Of a DNA stretch of 64,000 nucleotides, positions 50,505 to 62,457 are shown piece after piece (position 1 is the first letter of the stretch; each line of letters starts with the position of its first letter). The DNA is from Callorhinchus milii (taxonomy: Eukaryota). Made by a program: the position numbers and the translations under genes. The stretch lies in NCBI RefSeq assembly GCF_018977255.1, contig NW_024704743.1:104286001-104350000 (forward strand), in the 5' to 3' direction. The notes below the pieces were generated by a model. The model saw nothing but the letters and a program-made list of their open reading frames with translations. It had not been told where the DNA came from and did no database searches.

Positions 50505-51395
50505 CATGGAATTTTACGGCACAGAAGGAAGCCATTCGGCCCATCGAGTCTGTGTCGGCTCTTTGACAGAGCAAGTCACTTTCACTAACCCCAATCACCA
50601 GCTTTCTCCCCGTAATCCTGCAAACCAGTCCTCCCCAGATACCTATCCAGTTCTCTCTTAAAAGCTGTTATCAAATCGGACTTCACCACCCTTTCAGGCA
50701 GATCATTCCAAATTCGAACAACTCGCTGAGTGTAAAAATTTCTTCTAACCTCCCCTCCGCTTCTTTTGGTAGATATCTTAAGACTGTGACCACGGGTCAC
50801 AGACACACTTACCAGCGGAAACAGCTTTTCCTTATCTAGCCTGTCGAAACCTTTCATGATCTTGAAGACCTCTATCAGGTCCCCGCGTAACCTTCTCTGC
50901 TCTAATGGGAAAAGTCCTAACTTCTCCAGCCTGTCCTCATAGCTAAGGTTCCCCATTCCTGGTATCATTCCCGTGAATCTCCTCTGCACCCTTTCCAGTG
51001 CCATAATGTCCTTCCTGAAGTAAGGTGCTCAGAACTGGACACAGTCCTTCAGCTGAGGCCTAACCAGTGTTTTGTATAGATTAACCATAACTTCCCTACT
51101 CTTATACTCTATGCCCCTACTAATAAAGCTCAGTACACCAAATGCCTTTTTTACTGCCTTATCTACCTGCCCCGCTACCTTTAATGATTCGCATACTTGA
51201 ACACCCAGATCTCTCTGTACATTCACCCCCTTAAGATTGAGTTACCAAGTCTATATTGCCTCCTATCATTTTTCCTACCTAAGTGTATCACCTCACACTT
51301 ATCCACATTGAAATCCATCTGCCACATGTCAGCCCATTCCACCATTCTGTGTATGTCTGCTTGCAGTTGGTTACAGTCCTCCTCACTATTTACGA
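50505..51395 (-). mobile_element. CR1 3' fragment
   Basis: LQADI, FNVDKC.V.HLGRKN, VRPQL..CVQF, LEQRRLRGDLIEVFKI; CR1 3' UTR. Confidence 0.92.
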
Positions 51396-51536
51396 GTTCA
51401 TTGCATAAAAACAATATTTCAGTAACCAAATTACTTTTTTTCTACCAGAATTATGACAGCATGACATTTTCAAAACAAAACTCTTTCCAATGTTTGGACA
51501 ACAACAAACTTGCATTTATAAAGTGACCTTCACCTA

Positions 51537-51898
51537 GGAGTCCTGTAGCTCAGTGGTTAGAGCACCCATGTCGCAAGCGAGAGACCTGGGTTTGATTCCG
51601 GCAGGGCAAAACATTTCCTTACTCCGCACACCTCTGCTTATTAAGGAGGAAGTAGGATCCCGGTTGTTAGTTGATTGCTGGATCACTTTTCTGGGGGTAA
51701 TAATTCTTTCAAAAAAAATTATAATAATAAATTGGTCACTTCAATCCACGACTGCTTGTGGGATACTACTGTGTACAAATGGCTACCGCATATTTCCCAC
51801 AGAATATACAGTCAATTCATTTTACAGTATTTTCTGTGGAGTGCTTTGAAATGTCTTGAAGATTTGATAATGCGCTATATCAAATGCAAGGATTATTA
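51537..51898 (+). mobile_element. tRNA-derived SINE, long form
   Basis: Head, internal segment, old tail. Confidence 0.9.
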
Positions 51899-52062
51899 GT
51901 AGTAGTTGCTGTGCCCTAACACAAATGGATGCTTAGCCACTTGCAAAGGCTACTGTTCATTAAGATTCTAATATAGATCCACACTGACTTGCTATGAGAT
52001 CAACAGTGGTACCTATGACATTGTGTGGAACACAGCTTGGTGACCGAGGGAGCCTGTCTGTT

Positions 52063-52452
52063 TCATTTAGAAAATATCTGATTAAACTGCATTTTATGCA
52101 CCTTATGCTGAAGAGTGAATAAACCATCTGGAGCACTTGATTCTGTGTGTTTGGTGATTTGCCTTGTTTAAAATTCACTGGAGTCAATCAATGTCAAATG
52201 TTTATATAGGCGACCATTACAATAGTAGTACTGTAAGATGACTTGGTGTGGACATGGTGAGGACACAGGACGAGTCCCAAGGAATATCGTCTTTCAGACT
52301 CATCTGGGCTGTCTCATCCCAACCTGAATTACGCATCGTGGATATTATTGAGCTAGTAACTGCCTCATGTATCGTGATAATGATGGGGTGACATTCTCCA
52401 ATCTGGTATTTGTGGTTCTGAGTGCATTTACCTTCAGTTAGATCTCTAGGTT
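52063..52452 (-). pseudogene. Disrupted duplicate of candidate exon 18229-18638
   Basis: Alignable; 9-bp and 11-bp deletions and GAA>TAA in the reference frame. Confidence 0.45.
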
Positions 52453-53057
52453 CTGTGAAAAAGTGAAAAGAATTTAAGTGAGTGGATGAGGAGTTATCTC
52501 ATGTGATTTCACTTCTGGGTCAGTAATCCAGAGTGGTTAATTAGGCATACGTATACTCTCTAAATAAATGTGGCCGGTGTATTGATAGTATGATCAATTA
52601 TGTTGTAGTGATTTAATGAATTAAGTTAAGTCAGGGTTGAGTTATCAGGAGTTTACAGTGTATGGCACTGTTCACATCAGTAGGCTGTCTCTAATTTGTT
52701 CACTCAACCCACAACTGTTTGTGGGATACTGCTGTGCACAATTGGCTACTGCGTTTCACCCACAAAATACAGTATACCATCAATTCTCTTTACACTGTAT
52801 TTTATGAAGCGCTTTGAGGCATCTCGAAGATGTGAAAAGACGCTATATCAAATGCAAGGATTATTATTATAACCTCCGGGAGTGCTGAACATTTCGCTAG
52901 GAGAAGCGAGCAGCGCTTTGTTAATAATTCGACAGGCGGTGATAAGAGTATAGAGTTTATTCCACTAATATCAAATATGTATATAAGACAAATGGTGAAG
53001 TTCAACAATCTGCATTCAAACCATATGACCATATAACAACACAATAGTCCGCAACAT

Positions 53058-53668
53058 ACAACAACAACAACAAGATTCCATTTATTGAGCGCCTTTCACG
53101 TCAGGAGGACGTCCCAAGGCGCTGTACAGTTGGGTCAGGACCCGAGCAGGGGGGAAATGGTCAGGGTGAGGGGAGGGAAGGGAGGGAGCGAGGAGGGGGT
53201 AGAGAGTCGAGAGGGGAGCTGAAGGCACGGTCAAAGAGAAAGGTCTTGAAACCAGCCTTGAAGGAGGAAAGGGAGGAGGCGGCGAAGGCACTGGGGGATA
53301 GAGTTCCAGAGCCTAGGGGCTGAGAGTCTGAAGGCCCGGCCACCGATGGTAGGGCGGTTGGGGCGGGGGATGTGGAGCAGACCGGAGCCAGAGGAACGAA
53401 GGGTACGGGCAGGTAGGTAGGGGGATAGTAGGTCAGAGAGGTAGGAGGGAGCAAGGCCGTGAATGGCCTTGTAGGTGAGGGTGAGGATCTTGAATTCGAT
53501 CCTCTGGGGGATGGGGAGCCAGTGGAGGCGAGCGAGGGTGGGAGTGATGTGGTCGCGAAGCCTGGTGCGGGACAGTACACAAGCTGCAGAGTTCTGAATG
53601 ACCTTCAGCTTGTGGAGGGAGGTGCCGGGAAGGCCGGCGAGGAGAGAGTTCCCATAGTCCAGCCTTGA
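53058..53668 (-). mobile_element. Young L2 3' fragment (5'-truncated)
   Basis: Near-identical to 4015-4678 but lacks the 45-bp duplication. Confidence 0.95.
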
Positions 53669-53693
53669 CACAATGACACGGATACACAAATCA

Positions 53694-54011
53694 AATAATA
53701 ATAATAATTCTTGCATTTGATATAGCGCTTTTCACATCTTCTCGATGTCTCAAAGCGCTTCACATAATAGACTGTAAAATGAATTGACCGTGTATTTGTG
53801 GGCGAAACGCAGCAGCCAATTGCACACTGCAGTGTCCCACAAACAGTCGAGGATTGAAATGACCAATTTATTATTGTTTTTGTTTTTGGAGGGATTATTA
53901 TTAGGCATCTGGAGTAAGGAAACTTGCCCAAGGTTTCGCCCTGCCTGGAATTGAACCCAGGTGTCTCGCTTGCAAGGCAAGTGCTCTAACCACTGAGCTA
54001 CAGGACTCCAC
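53694..54011 (-). mobile_element. Full-length SINE, short body with old-type tail
   Basis: Complete head; tail gagacatcgagaagatgtgaaaagcgc. Confidence 0.92.
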
Positions 54012-54114
54012 AAATAATAGAGAAACAACAAGATGCACTCAGGAATTGCTCAGTACTCCAGACAATAAGCCCGAGAATGCACCTCAACATACACAGCAGA
54101 GATCAGCCCCTGGA

Positions 54115-54437
54115 AATAATAATAATAATAATAATCCTTGCATTTGATATGGCGCTTTTCACGTCGGAAGGACGTCCCAAAGCGCTTCACAGAACACACT
54201 GTAAAGTGAATTGACTGTATATTTGTGGGCGAACACGGCAGCCAATTGCGCACAGCAATGTCCCACAACAGTCGTAGATTGAAAATGACCATTTTATTAT
54301 TGTTTTTGGTTTTGGAGGTATTATTATTAGGCGTTTGGAGTAAGGAAACTTGCCCAAGGTTTCGCCCTGCCTGGAATTGAACTCAGATCTCTCGCTTGCA
54401 AAGCGAGTGCTCTAACCACTGAGCTACAGGACTCCAC
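54115..54437 (-). mobile_element. Full-length young SINE
   Basis: Complete head, core and tail; 5' flank shared with the 9465-9778 copy. Confidence 0.92.
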
Positions 54438-56950
54438 ATGGAGAGGGGAGCTGGAATCCTCTCTTTCGAATTTCTGTAATAAAGTTGTCATTCAACAGAA
54501 TGGAATTTAATGGATAAAGTACAAATCTAAGTAAGCTATTTTCTCTGAGCGAGTTTTAATAAAATAATAATAATCATCCACACAGTGTCATAGGTACCAC
54601 TGTTGATCTCAAAGCAAGTCAGTGTGGATCTATATTAGAATCTTAATGAACAGTAGCCTTTGCAAGTGGCTAAGCATCCATTTGTGTTAGGGCACAGCAA
54701 CTACTACTAATAATCCTTGCATTTGATATAGCGCGTTATCAAATCTTCAAGACATTTCAAAGTACTCCACAGAAAATACTGTAAAATGAATTAACCGTAT
54801 ATTCTGTGGGAATATGCGGCAGCCATTTGTACACAGTAGTATCCCACAAGCAGTCGTGGATTGAAGTGACCAATTTATTATTATAATTTTTTTCTCCCTC
54901 AGAACCTCGACACAACGAATCTATAAAAACAATACTTAATCACAGAACTATCACACAGAATCACAGAGAGTGGCTCATGTAAACTCAACAGAAACAATCA
55001 GCTCTTAGCCCAGCACCTCACTCGTGCTGCCTAACCTGACTTCTGCATTTCAAACAGACCAACCACTACTACTGTTATTATTTCGATGCCTAGCAGACAG
55101 AACTGAAAACATTACCCACTACTCCTCTTTCACTTTTGATAGTCACTTTCTTACTGGAGGTAAATTCCCTCACCCCTGTACATATACATAGATACAGCGA
55201 ATCAATATCGATTCCACTGGGAGGTGTGCTGACCCTCTACACAACTCCCAACTCTTTCAAAGTTACATCTTTCTTTTATGTGGTTCGAACTCCACCCCCC
55301 TGGTCACAGAGATAGCCCCCACCCTTCGCAGGCTGCTTTGCACAGAGAGAGATATGGACAAGTTCTGGGTAGCCTTCCACAGTCTGCTTGTTTCTCAGCC
55401 TTGAGATAGGCAGCTGTCTGAGGCTGCAGCCTTTTCTTTCTGTGGCCCATTGTTCTAACATCAATGCTCAAGGACCCGATTGCTCATTATCTCAGAGGAG
55501 TGAACATCTTCCCAGGAAAATATGAAACGTAATCAGAAGCTGACCTCAGCCCGTCCAGCAAAGCTACTTTTTAACCATTTAACTATTAAAGCTTCTGGAA
55601 CATTTTGGTTGTTGTTTGAAATATACCAAGGCACCCTGAGGTGATAGTCAGTATATTTCAAAAGTTTCAATCGTACAATGAAATCCAGCACACGAGAGGT
55701 CAGGTCTTTCCCAACTAGTGTGAGCTTAGCGATCATCTTGAAGAGGCGGTTTATGGTTGCTGGGACATCAATGTGTGCCAACCTGGGGGCAGATGTGACC
55801 GTATTCTCAAAAAGTAAAGTCATTTCAATAAAACATTGGTTGCAAACCAGATGAAGAATTTGCAGAGAGAGAGAGGGAGACATTTTTCCCCAAAGTGTAA
55901 CAGGTGTGCTAATTTTAGAAGACTCTCAACAGTGCTGAGAAGAAAGTCATGCGGCAGCTATTAATTCCCATGCAAATTGCATCGTAATGTTACAAGGTTC
56001 TGTGGGAAGCCTTGGCACAGACTTTGCCCCTGTTCACCGCCCAGGTCGCTGCCAGGAGCTTTTGTCGGCTTGATGCAGATGCAGCAACTTTTGTGACCCT
56101 TTGGCTCCTCGTTATCTTGAGCCTTTGCTCCTCTACTGTGCTCCTGCCTGGAGCGACTTCAGGGCATTTCACGAAGGGGATGTTCTGTCATTACAGAGAC
56201 CTTAAATACTTCTTAATCTCTGAAGGGATTTGGCATGTATTAAAAAATAAGCAATTGTGCCACATCCTTGGCCCCCACATCGAATCCCATTCATTTGGTC
56301 GGTCCACTGAGTCCACAATTTAATTACTATTTCCTGGAAATACCCTATGACAGCAAGAAATAGATGCAAGTCCAAGTTACAAGCAGTTTATGAACCCCAA
56401 TAACGTTTGGCAACCTTGACATACAGCACGTGAACACTTGACTCCAGCCACTGAAATCCAGGGTGGGTTAGTGACTGTTACATAGTCAACTTCCAAACAA
56501 CAGCTAAGCTTTTTGTTAAAAAAATACATTTACATTGACATTTCACAGAGGCATTGCAATACCGCTGTTACATCTGTATGTTGAAACAGGTTTCCCTCCC
56601 CCTTTTACTCTGCCATTACTTTGCTGGTTGCTTGGATTTCTTCACTAAATAATAAAATGTTTCAAATGCATCAGATTCCCTCCCCACTCCCTGCACACAC
56701 ACACACACACACACATACACTTGGAATTATTGTTTTTGTTGGAATTGATTCTTAATGTTTATTCTTTTCTGGATCATATGATTCGTGGGGGTGGGGGGGG
56801 GTGTGTGCATGTTGGAAATCAGCAATTTTATTGCTGAAATCAACACTCAATCGAATCAACATGTCTAACTAACTTCCACTCCCTCCCACCCCGCAAATCC
56901 TGATCCAATGCCAGAATAATTTGCTGTTTCATTTGGGATATACTGTCATA

Positions 56951-57183
56951 TAATAATAATAATAATAGTAATCCTTGCATTTGATATAGCGCTTCTCACG
57001 GCGGGAGGACGTCCCAAAGCGCTTTACAGAACACACTGTAAAGTGAATTGACTGTATATTTGCGGGCGAACGCGGCAGCCAATTGCGCACAGCAATGTCC
57101 CACAAACAGTCGTGGATTGAAAATGACCAATTTATTATTGTTTTGGGTTTTGGAGGGATTATTATTAGGCTATGTGTGGAGTA
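56951..57183 (-). mobile_element. Young SINE, 5'-truncated
   Basis: Tail and core intact, head missing. Confidence 0.9.
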
Positions 57184-57225
57184 CTGGTTCGGCAAAATGG
57201 AGCCTGTGGTTGTGGTGTGTCTGCA

Positions 57226-57580
57226 GAGTGAGTGAGTGAGTGAGTGAGTGAGTGAGTGAGTGAGTGAGTGAGTGAGTGAGTGAGTGAGTGAGTGAGTGAG
57301 TGAGTGAGTGAGTGAGTGAGTGAGTGAGTGAGTGAGTGAGTGAGTGAGTGAGTGAGTGAGTGAGTGAGTGAGTGAGTGAGTGAGTGAGTGAGTGAGTGAG
57401 TGAGTGAGTGAGTGAGTGAGTGAGTGAGTGAGTGAGTGAGTGAGTGAGTGAGTGAGTGAGTGAGTGAGTGAGTGAGTGAGTGAGTGAGTGAGTGAGTGAG
57501 TGAGTGAGTGAGTGAGTGAGTGAGTGAGTGAGTGAGTGAGTGAGTGAGTGAGTGAGTGAGTGAGTGAGTGAGTGAGTGAG
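57226..57580. repeat. (GAGT)n microsatellite, ~88 perfect units
   Basis: Direct reading. Confidence 0.98.
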
Positions 57581-57589
57581 GCAGAGCAT

Positions 57590-58943
57590 GAATGACTCTG
57601 TTGCCTTGAAAGCGAAGACGGTGCAGCTTTAACTGAAGAGCTTGCGGAGTCCCAGCGCTGAGTGGCGATGTCACATCACTCTCTCCCTCTTCCCCCCCTC
57701 CTCCCTCCCTCCCTCCCTCCCTCTCTCTCTCTCTCTCTCTCATTCTCTCCAGTGCTGCTGCTCGACTCTCATTCATCCAAGTCCTGCTGATTCACTGCTC
57801 CCTACAGTCACGCCGCGTGAATTGGAGAGAGAGGAGAGGAGAGAGAGAGAGAGAGGAGAGAGAGAGGGGAGAGGAGAGGAGAGGAGAGGAGAGACGCAGA
57901 GAAATCAGGGAAAAAGCAGTTCCAATCCGACCTCTCGGATGTCCACTTGCAACATGGAAGGAAACAAGTTGCGTGGCGTGTTCTCCCGTTAATCCGGGAG
58001 CTGTGGCTGCAAGTGTTACCTGCTCTCCACCAGGATCTCCACCAGGATCTCCACCAGGATCTCCATCAGGATCTCCACCAGGATCTCCATCAGGATCTCC
58101 ATCAGGATCTCCATCAGGATCTGGCCCTACATGAAGACATGTAGCAGAGTTGCTCAAGGGGGAGGGGGGTGGGGGTGGGGGGGGGTGGTGGGTGCAGAAG
58201 ATTTTTTTTCTTGCCAACCAGGTGGGGGTGGAGTGGAAACATCCTGGCAGGTTGGGCTTGGAGCTGGAGGGGACCCCGCGGATCCACGATGACTGTGATT
58301 TAATGTGACAACAACTGCGAGGGTCTGGCAACCAGAGGGAGAGGGAGAGAGAGAGCGAGAGAGAGGGAGAGAGAGGCGCTGTGCAGTAAGTTGCCGTTCG
58401 TCACATCCCTGACACACGGGGATGGATCTCAGGAGCTCCACTGAGGACATCGTGAAGATCCTACAGTAAAAACACACACACACCACACAACACACAACAC
58501 ACCACACAACACACACCACACACCACACCACACCACACACAACACACCACACACAACACACCACACAACACACAACACACCACACAACACACAACACACA
58601 AAACAACACACCACACGGGCCATCCAAGGACCGCTCTGGGGAGGGTCTGACCGAGACCCGAGTGCAATTTGGGACTGGCGTCAGATCAACAGATCAACAC
58701 CTGTTAAACTCCCCCCACCCACCCCCCAAACCCCCCTCCCCACCCACCCCCCCCAAACCCCCCTCCCCATCCACCCCCCAAACCCCCCAAACCCCCCTCC
58801 CCACCCACCCACCCCCAAACCCCCTCCACCCCCACCCCCCAACCCCCTCCCCACCCACCCCCAAACCCCCCTCCCCACCCACCCACCCCCCAAACCCCCC
58901 TCCCCACCCACCCACCCCCCTCCCCACCCACCCACCTCAGCAG
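57590..58943 (+). promoter_or_regulatory. CpG-rich candidate promoter/first-exon region of an unidentified gene
   Basis: Rise in CpG density, no interspersed repeats recognised, GA/CT tracts, donor-like CAG|GTAAAC at 58943/58944. Confidence 0.4.
58024..58122. repeat. 12-bp tandem repeat x8 (CCAYCAGGATCT)
   Basis: Direct reading. Confidence 0.95.
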
Positions 58944-60815
58944 GTAAACCCTTTGCCTTATTAGACCGAGTGTGTCGGGTTGTGTCCGTGTGCAGTTTCG
59001 GGCAAAGTTGGGCTGTGCCGTTGATAACTGGATGTGCGCTTTTACAGATCGCAGTCACCGCGATAAACTTTTTGAGTTAAAAACTCACTCTGATCTGCGA
59101 GTGCTGTCCTGGGGGGTGAGTGAGTGTGTGAGTGTGTGTGTGTGTGAGTGTGTGTGTAAGTGAGTGTGTGTGTGAGTGTGAGTGAGTGTGTGTGTGAGTG
59201 TGTGTGAGTGAGTGTGTAAGTGAGTGTGTGTGTGTGAGTGAGTGTGTGTGAGTGGGTGTGTGTGTAAGTGAGTGTGTGTGTGTGAGTGTGTGTGTGTGTG
59301 TGTGTGAGTGAGTGTGTGTGTGTGTGTGTGAGTGTGTGGTGTGTTGTTGAGACACCTCCAGACTTTCTTTGGGTTGCTTTGGGTGGATGTCTTTTACTAA
59401 TACTACCCCCCACACACACCCCCAACACACACCCCCACACACCCCCCCCCCCCACACACACACCCACACACACACCCACACACACACCCACACACCCCAC
59501 CCACCAACACACCCCCAACACACACCCCCACACACCCCACCCACACACACACACCCCACACACCCCCCCACACACACCCACACACACCCACACACCCCAC
59601 CCCCCGCACACCCACCCCCCCACACACACCCACACACACCCCCCAAACACACCCCCCACACCCCCGCACACCCCCCCCCACACACACACACACCACACAC
59701 CCCCCCACACACACCCACACACACCCCACCCCCCGCACACCCCCCCCCACACACACACACCCCACACACACCCACACACACACCCACACCCCGCACACCC
59801 ACCCCCACACACACATCCCACACACACCCACACACACACCCACACACACACACACCCCCACACACACACACACACCCACCCCCCCACCCCCCACCCCCCC
59901 CCCACACCCCACACACACACCACCCCCCCCCCACCCCACACGCCCCCCCACATACACCCACACACACACCCACACACCCCACCCCCGCACACACCCCCCG
60001 CCCCCCCCAATCACACCCCCACCCACACTCACACGCAATGCTGTGCGTTCTCTGTTTAAACTCTCATCAACTCTGTGCGTGAGAGAAGGAGCGACCAAAC
60101 ATCTCACGTGTGCGAAACCCACGGGGGGGGGAGTTTTTTCTGAACTCCTCGACAGGTCTCTACAGCGGCTTTGAAACGGGGGCGCGTGTCCCTCACGGGA
60201 AGGGATGGATTTTCTGTGCAGAGATGATGAAGCGTTGCGGGGGTTGTGATTCCCCCCCACACCCCCCCCCCCCCCACACCCCCCCCCCACCCCCCCACCC
60301 CACCCCCCCACCCCCCCACCCCACCCCCCCCCCCCCCCACACCCCCACCCCCGCCCCCCACACCCCCCCACCGCTGCTCCCGTGTGAAAGCAGTCGGTGG
60401 GTACCAAACGATGTTCGTGCAACGTTGTCAAATCCAGACACAGCGCTGTTTTTGTTGGAAAGAAGCACAGATGGGGGGAGATCAACGTGCACCACAAGAG
60501 CAGGTGCTTTCAAAAAAAAACATGCAACACACAGACACACACACACACACATACACACACACACACACACACAGACGCAGCTCTCCCGAAAAAGTGCAGA
60601 GAAACAGTTGAAATGAAGCGTCTCCACACGACATCAGGATCTGTCCTCACAGCCCCGAGTCTCACCGTATATCGCAGCGCAGACACTTTAAATCTGTGGA
60701 TTTCGGTCTCCCCTTTCAGTGCAGACTCGCAACCTTTATTTTTCCGACCCCCCCCCCCCCTCCCCGCCTCCGACCCCCCCCCCTCCCCCCTCCGACCCCC
60801 CCCCTCCCCCTCCGA
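58470..60815. repeat. Cluster of low-complexity CA-, GT- and C-rich tracts
   Basis: 58470-58616, 58710-58935, 59116-59345, 59405-60030, 60250-60370, 60525-60572, 60745-60815. Confidence 0.95.
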
Positions 60816-61382
60816 AACACCCTTTGCGGCGACAGCCCTTTCCGATCTTTATTCCGACACAAGAGGGGTCCACTCGGGAAGGGGGTGAGAGGCTGCAACA
60901 CGTCTCTGCAGAGCGAGACTGGCGGTAGTTAAACCAGCAATCGCTTTGCTGCACTCGAGAGACAGACAGAGAGAGAGAGTGTCCAGTCCACTTCTCATAA
61001 GAGTTGGGGATATTAATGATCATCATATTGCTGTGGCCTTACAGGTAGCAACAAACACACAAGAAAAAAAAAACACTTAAGACCCCCATCCCCGAAGGCA
61101 GATGTGGCTGTGTGTGTGTTTGTTGAGTGGTCCTCAGTGAGGCTGTTGTTCCCTGAGCGAGGTTTCTGCCCTCTGGACAATTCAACCCCCATCTGGGTCC
61201 CCATTGCCCCCCCCCACCCCCCCCCCCCCCCCCCCCGCAAACCCAGTGATGGCTGAGGAGTCAGGCAGTTGATTGCTGCCACTTCGGTTACTCTATTGCT
61301 TCTCTGTCTGTCGATGTCGAAGGGGTCAGGGAATTTGGGCGTTTCGTTGCAGTTGCAACACTTCAGTGATTTCAGAAGGGAA

Positions 61383-61530
61383 TTTCAAAAGGATGTTTGC
61401 TTGAACGAACGTGAAAAAAAATATTGCAAGGCTTTGGGGAAAGAGTGGTGGAGTGGGACTAAATGGAGAGCTCTTTCAGGCCCGATGGCCCGAATGGTCT
61501 CCTTCTGTGCTGTAGGTTTCTGTGATTTTA
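61383..61530 (+). mobile_element. CR1 3' end remnant
   Basis: gatggcccgaatggtctccttctgtgctgtaggtttctgtgatt. Confidence 0.75.
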
Positions 61531-62169
61531 TAAGTAAATTGCATTGTAGAAAACAATGTGCTTATTTTTCCTGTGAGCAATGTGAGGGGTTGCAGATCGT
61601 GAACAGGATCTGTCTCAAATCAAAGGGTTTCGTGAATAAGAAGGGAGACTTTTCATCTTTTTTTAAAAAATAACGTTGCTGATCTCCTCCCAAGCCTAAG
61701 TGGGACTTTTTCGGTTCCTCATGCTATGCACCAGTTTCTCTTGCTAGCACACAGCTGGTGTCACCACCTCACTGCTTGCCAGTAGCAATGCAATCGAAAC
61801 AGTGTGGGGGAGGAAAACATGCAATGTGTCATAATGAACTCGATGGCGTAATTATCTTTTAGGAAACATTTCACCCCAGCAGGTCTTGTGATTCCAAGGG
61901 GTGAAATGAAACACACTAGGGGCCTGGGACTAGTGTTCAGGATTTTTAATTGAAATTACCTGCAAATTCAGAAAAGTGTTTGGCAAGCAGAAACACAGCG
62001 ATGTTAATCAGCATGGAGCCCACTCATCCAGACTCTCCATTTGCAAGGATGTCTGTCGTTTGAGCTGTTAGTTAAAGATGATACTCTGTTAGAGGACTCT
62101 AGGAGCACAGCACTGTTAAGTCTTTTCAGATGTGACTCAAAACCAAGGTCCCATCTATTGAAGTGGACA

Positions 62170-62457
62170 TAATAATAATAATAATAATTTGCATTTGATA
62201 TAGCACCTTATCAAGTCTTTGAGACGTCTCAAAGGCTTCAGAGAATATACTGTAAAGTGAATTGACTATATTTTTTGTGGGCAAAATACATAGCAGTGTC
62301 CCACAAACAATCGTGGATTGAGTGATCAAATTTTTTTTTGAAGGGATTATTATCTCCGGAAAATGATCCACCAATCGACTAACAACCGGGTTCCCATTTA
62401 CCACTAGGTAACTAGAGTCGTGTGGAGTAAGGAAACTTGCCTATGGTTTTGCCCTGC
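62170..62457 (-). mobile_element. SINE long form, 5'-truncated
   Basis: Tail, core and internal segment on minus. Confidence 0.88.

Noticed and set aside
10009..57195. Recurrent peptides such as [23 protein letters not shown]...KCKDYYYY suggesting a gene family
   Set aside because: Translations of SINE copies
57165..60932. Long ORFs rich in THSL, GV/CV and PHT
   Set aside because: Microsatellite and low-complexity translations
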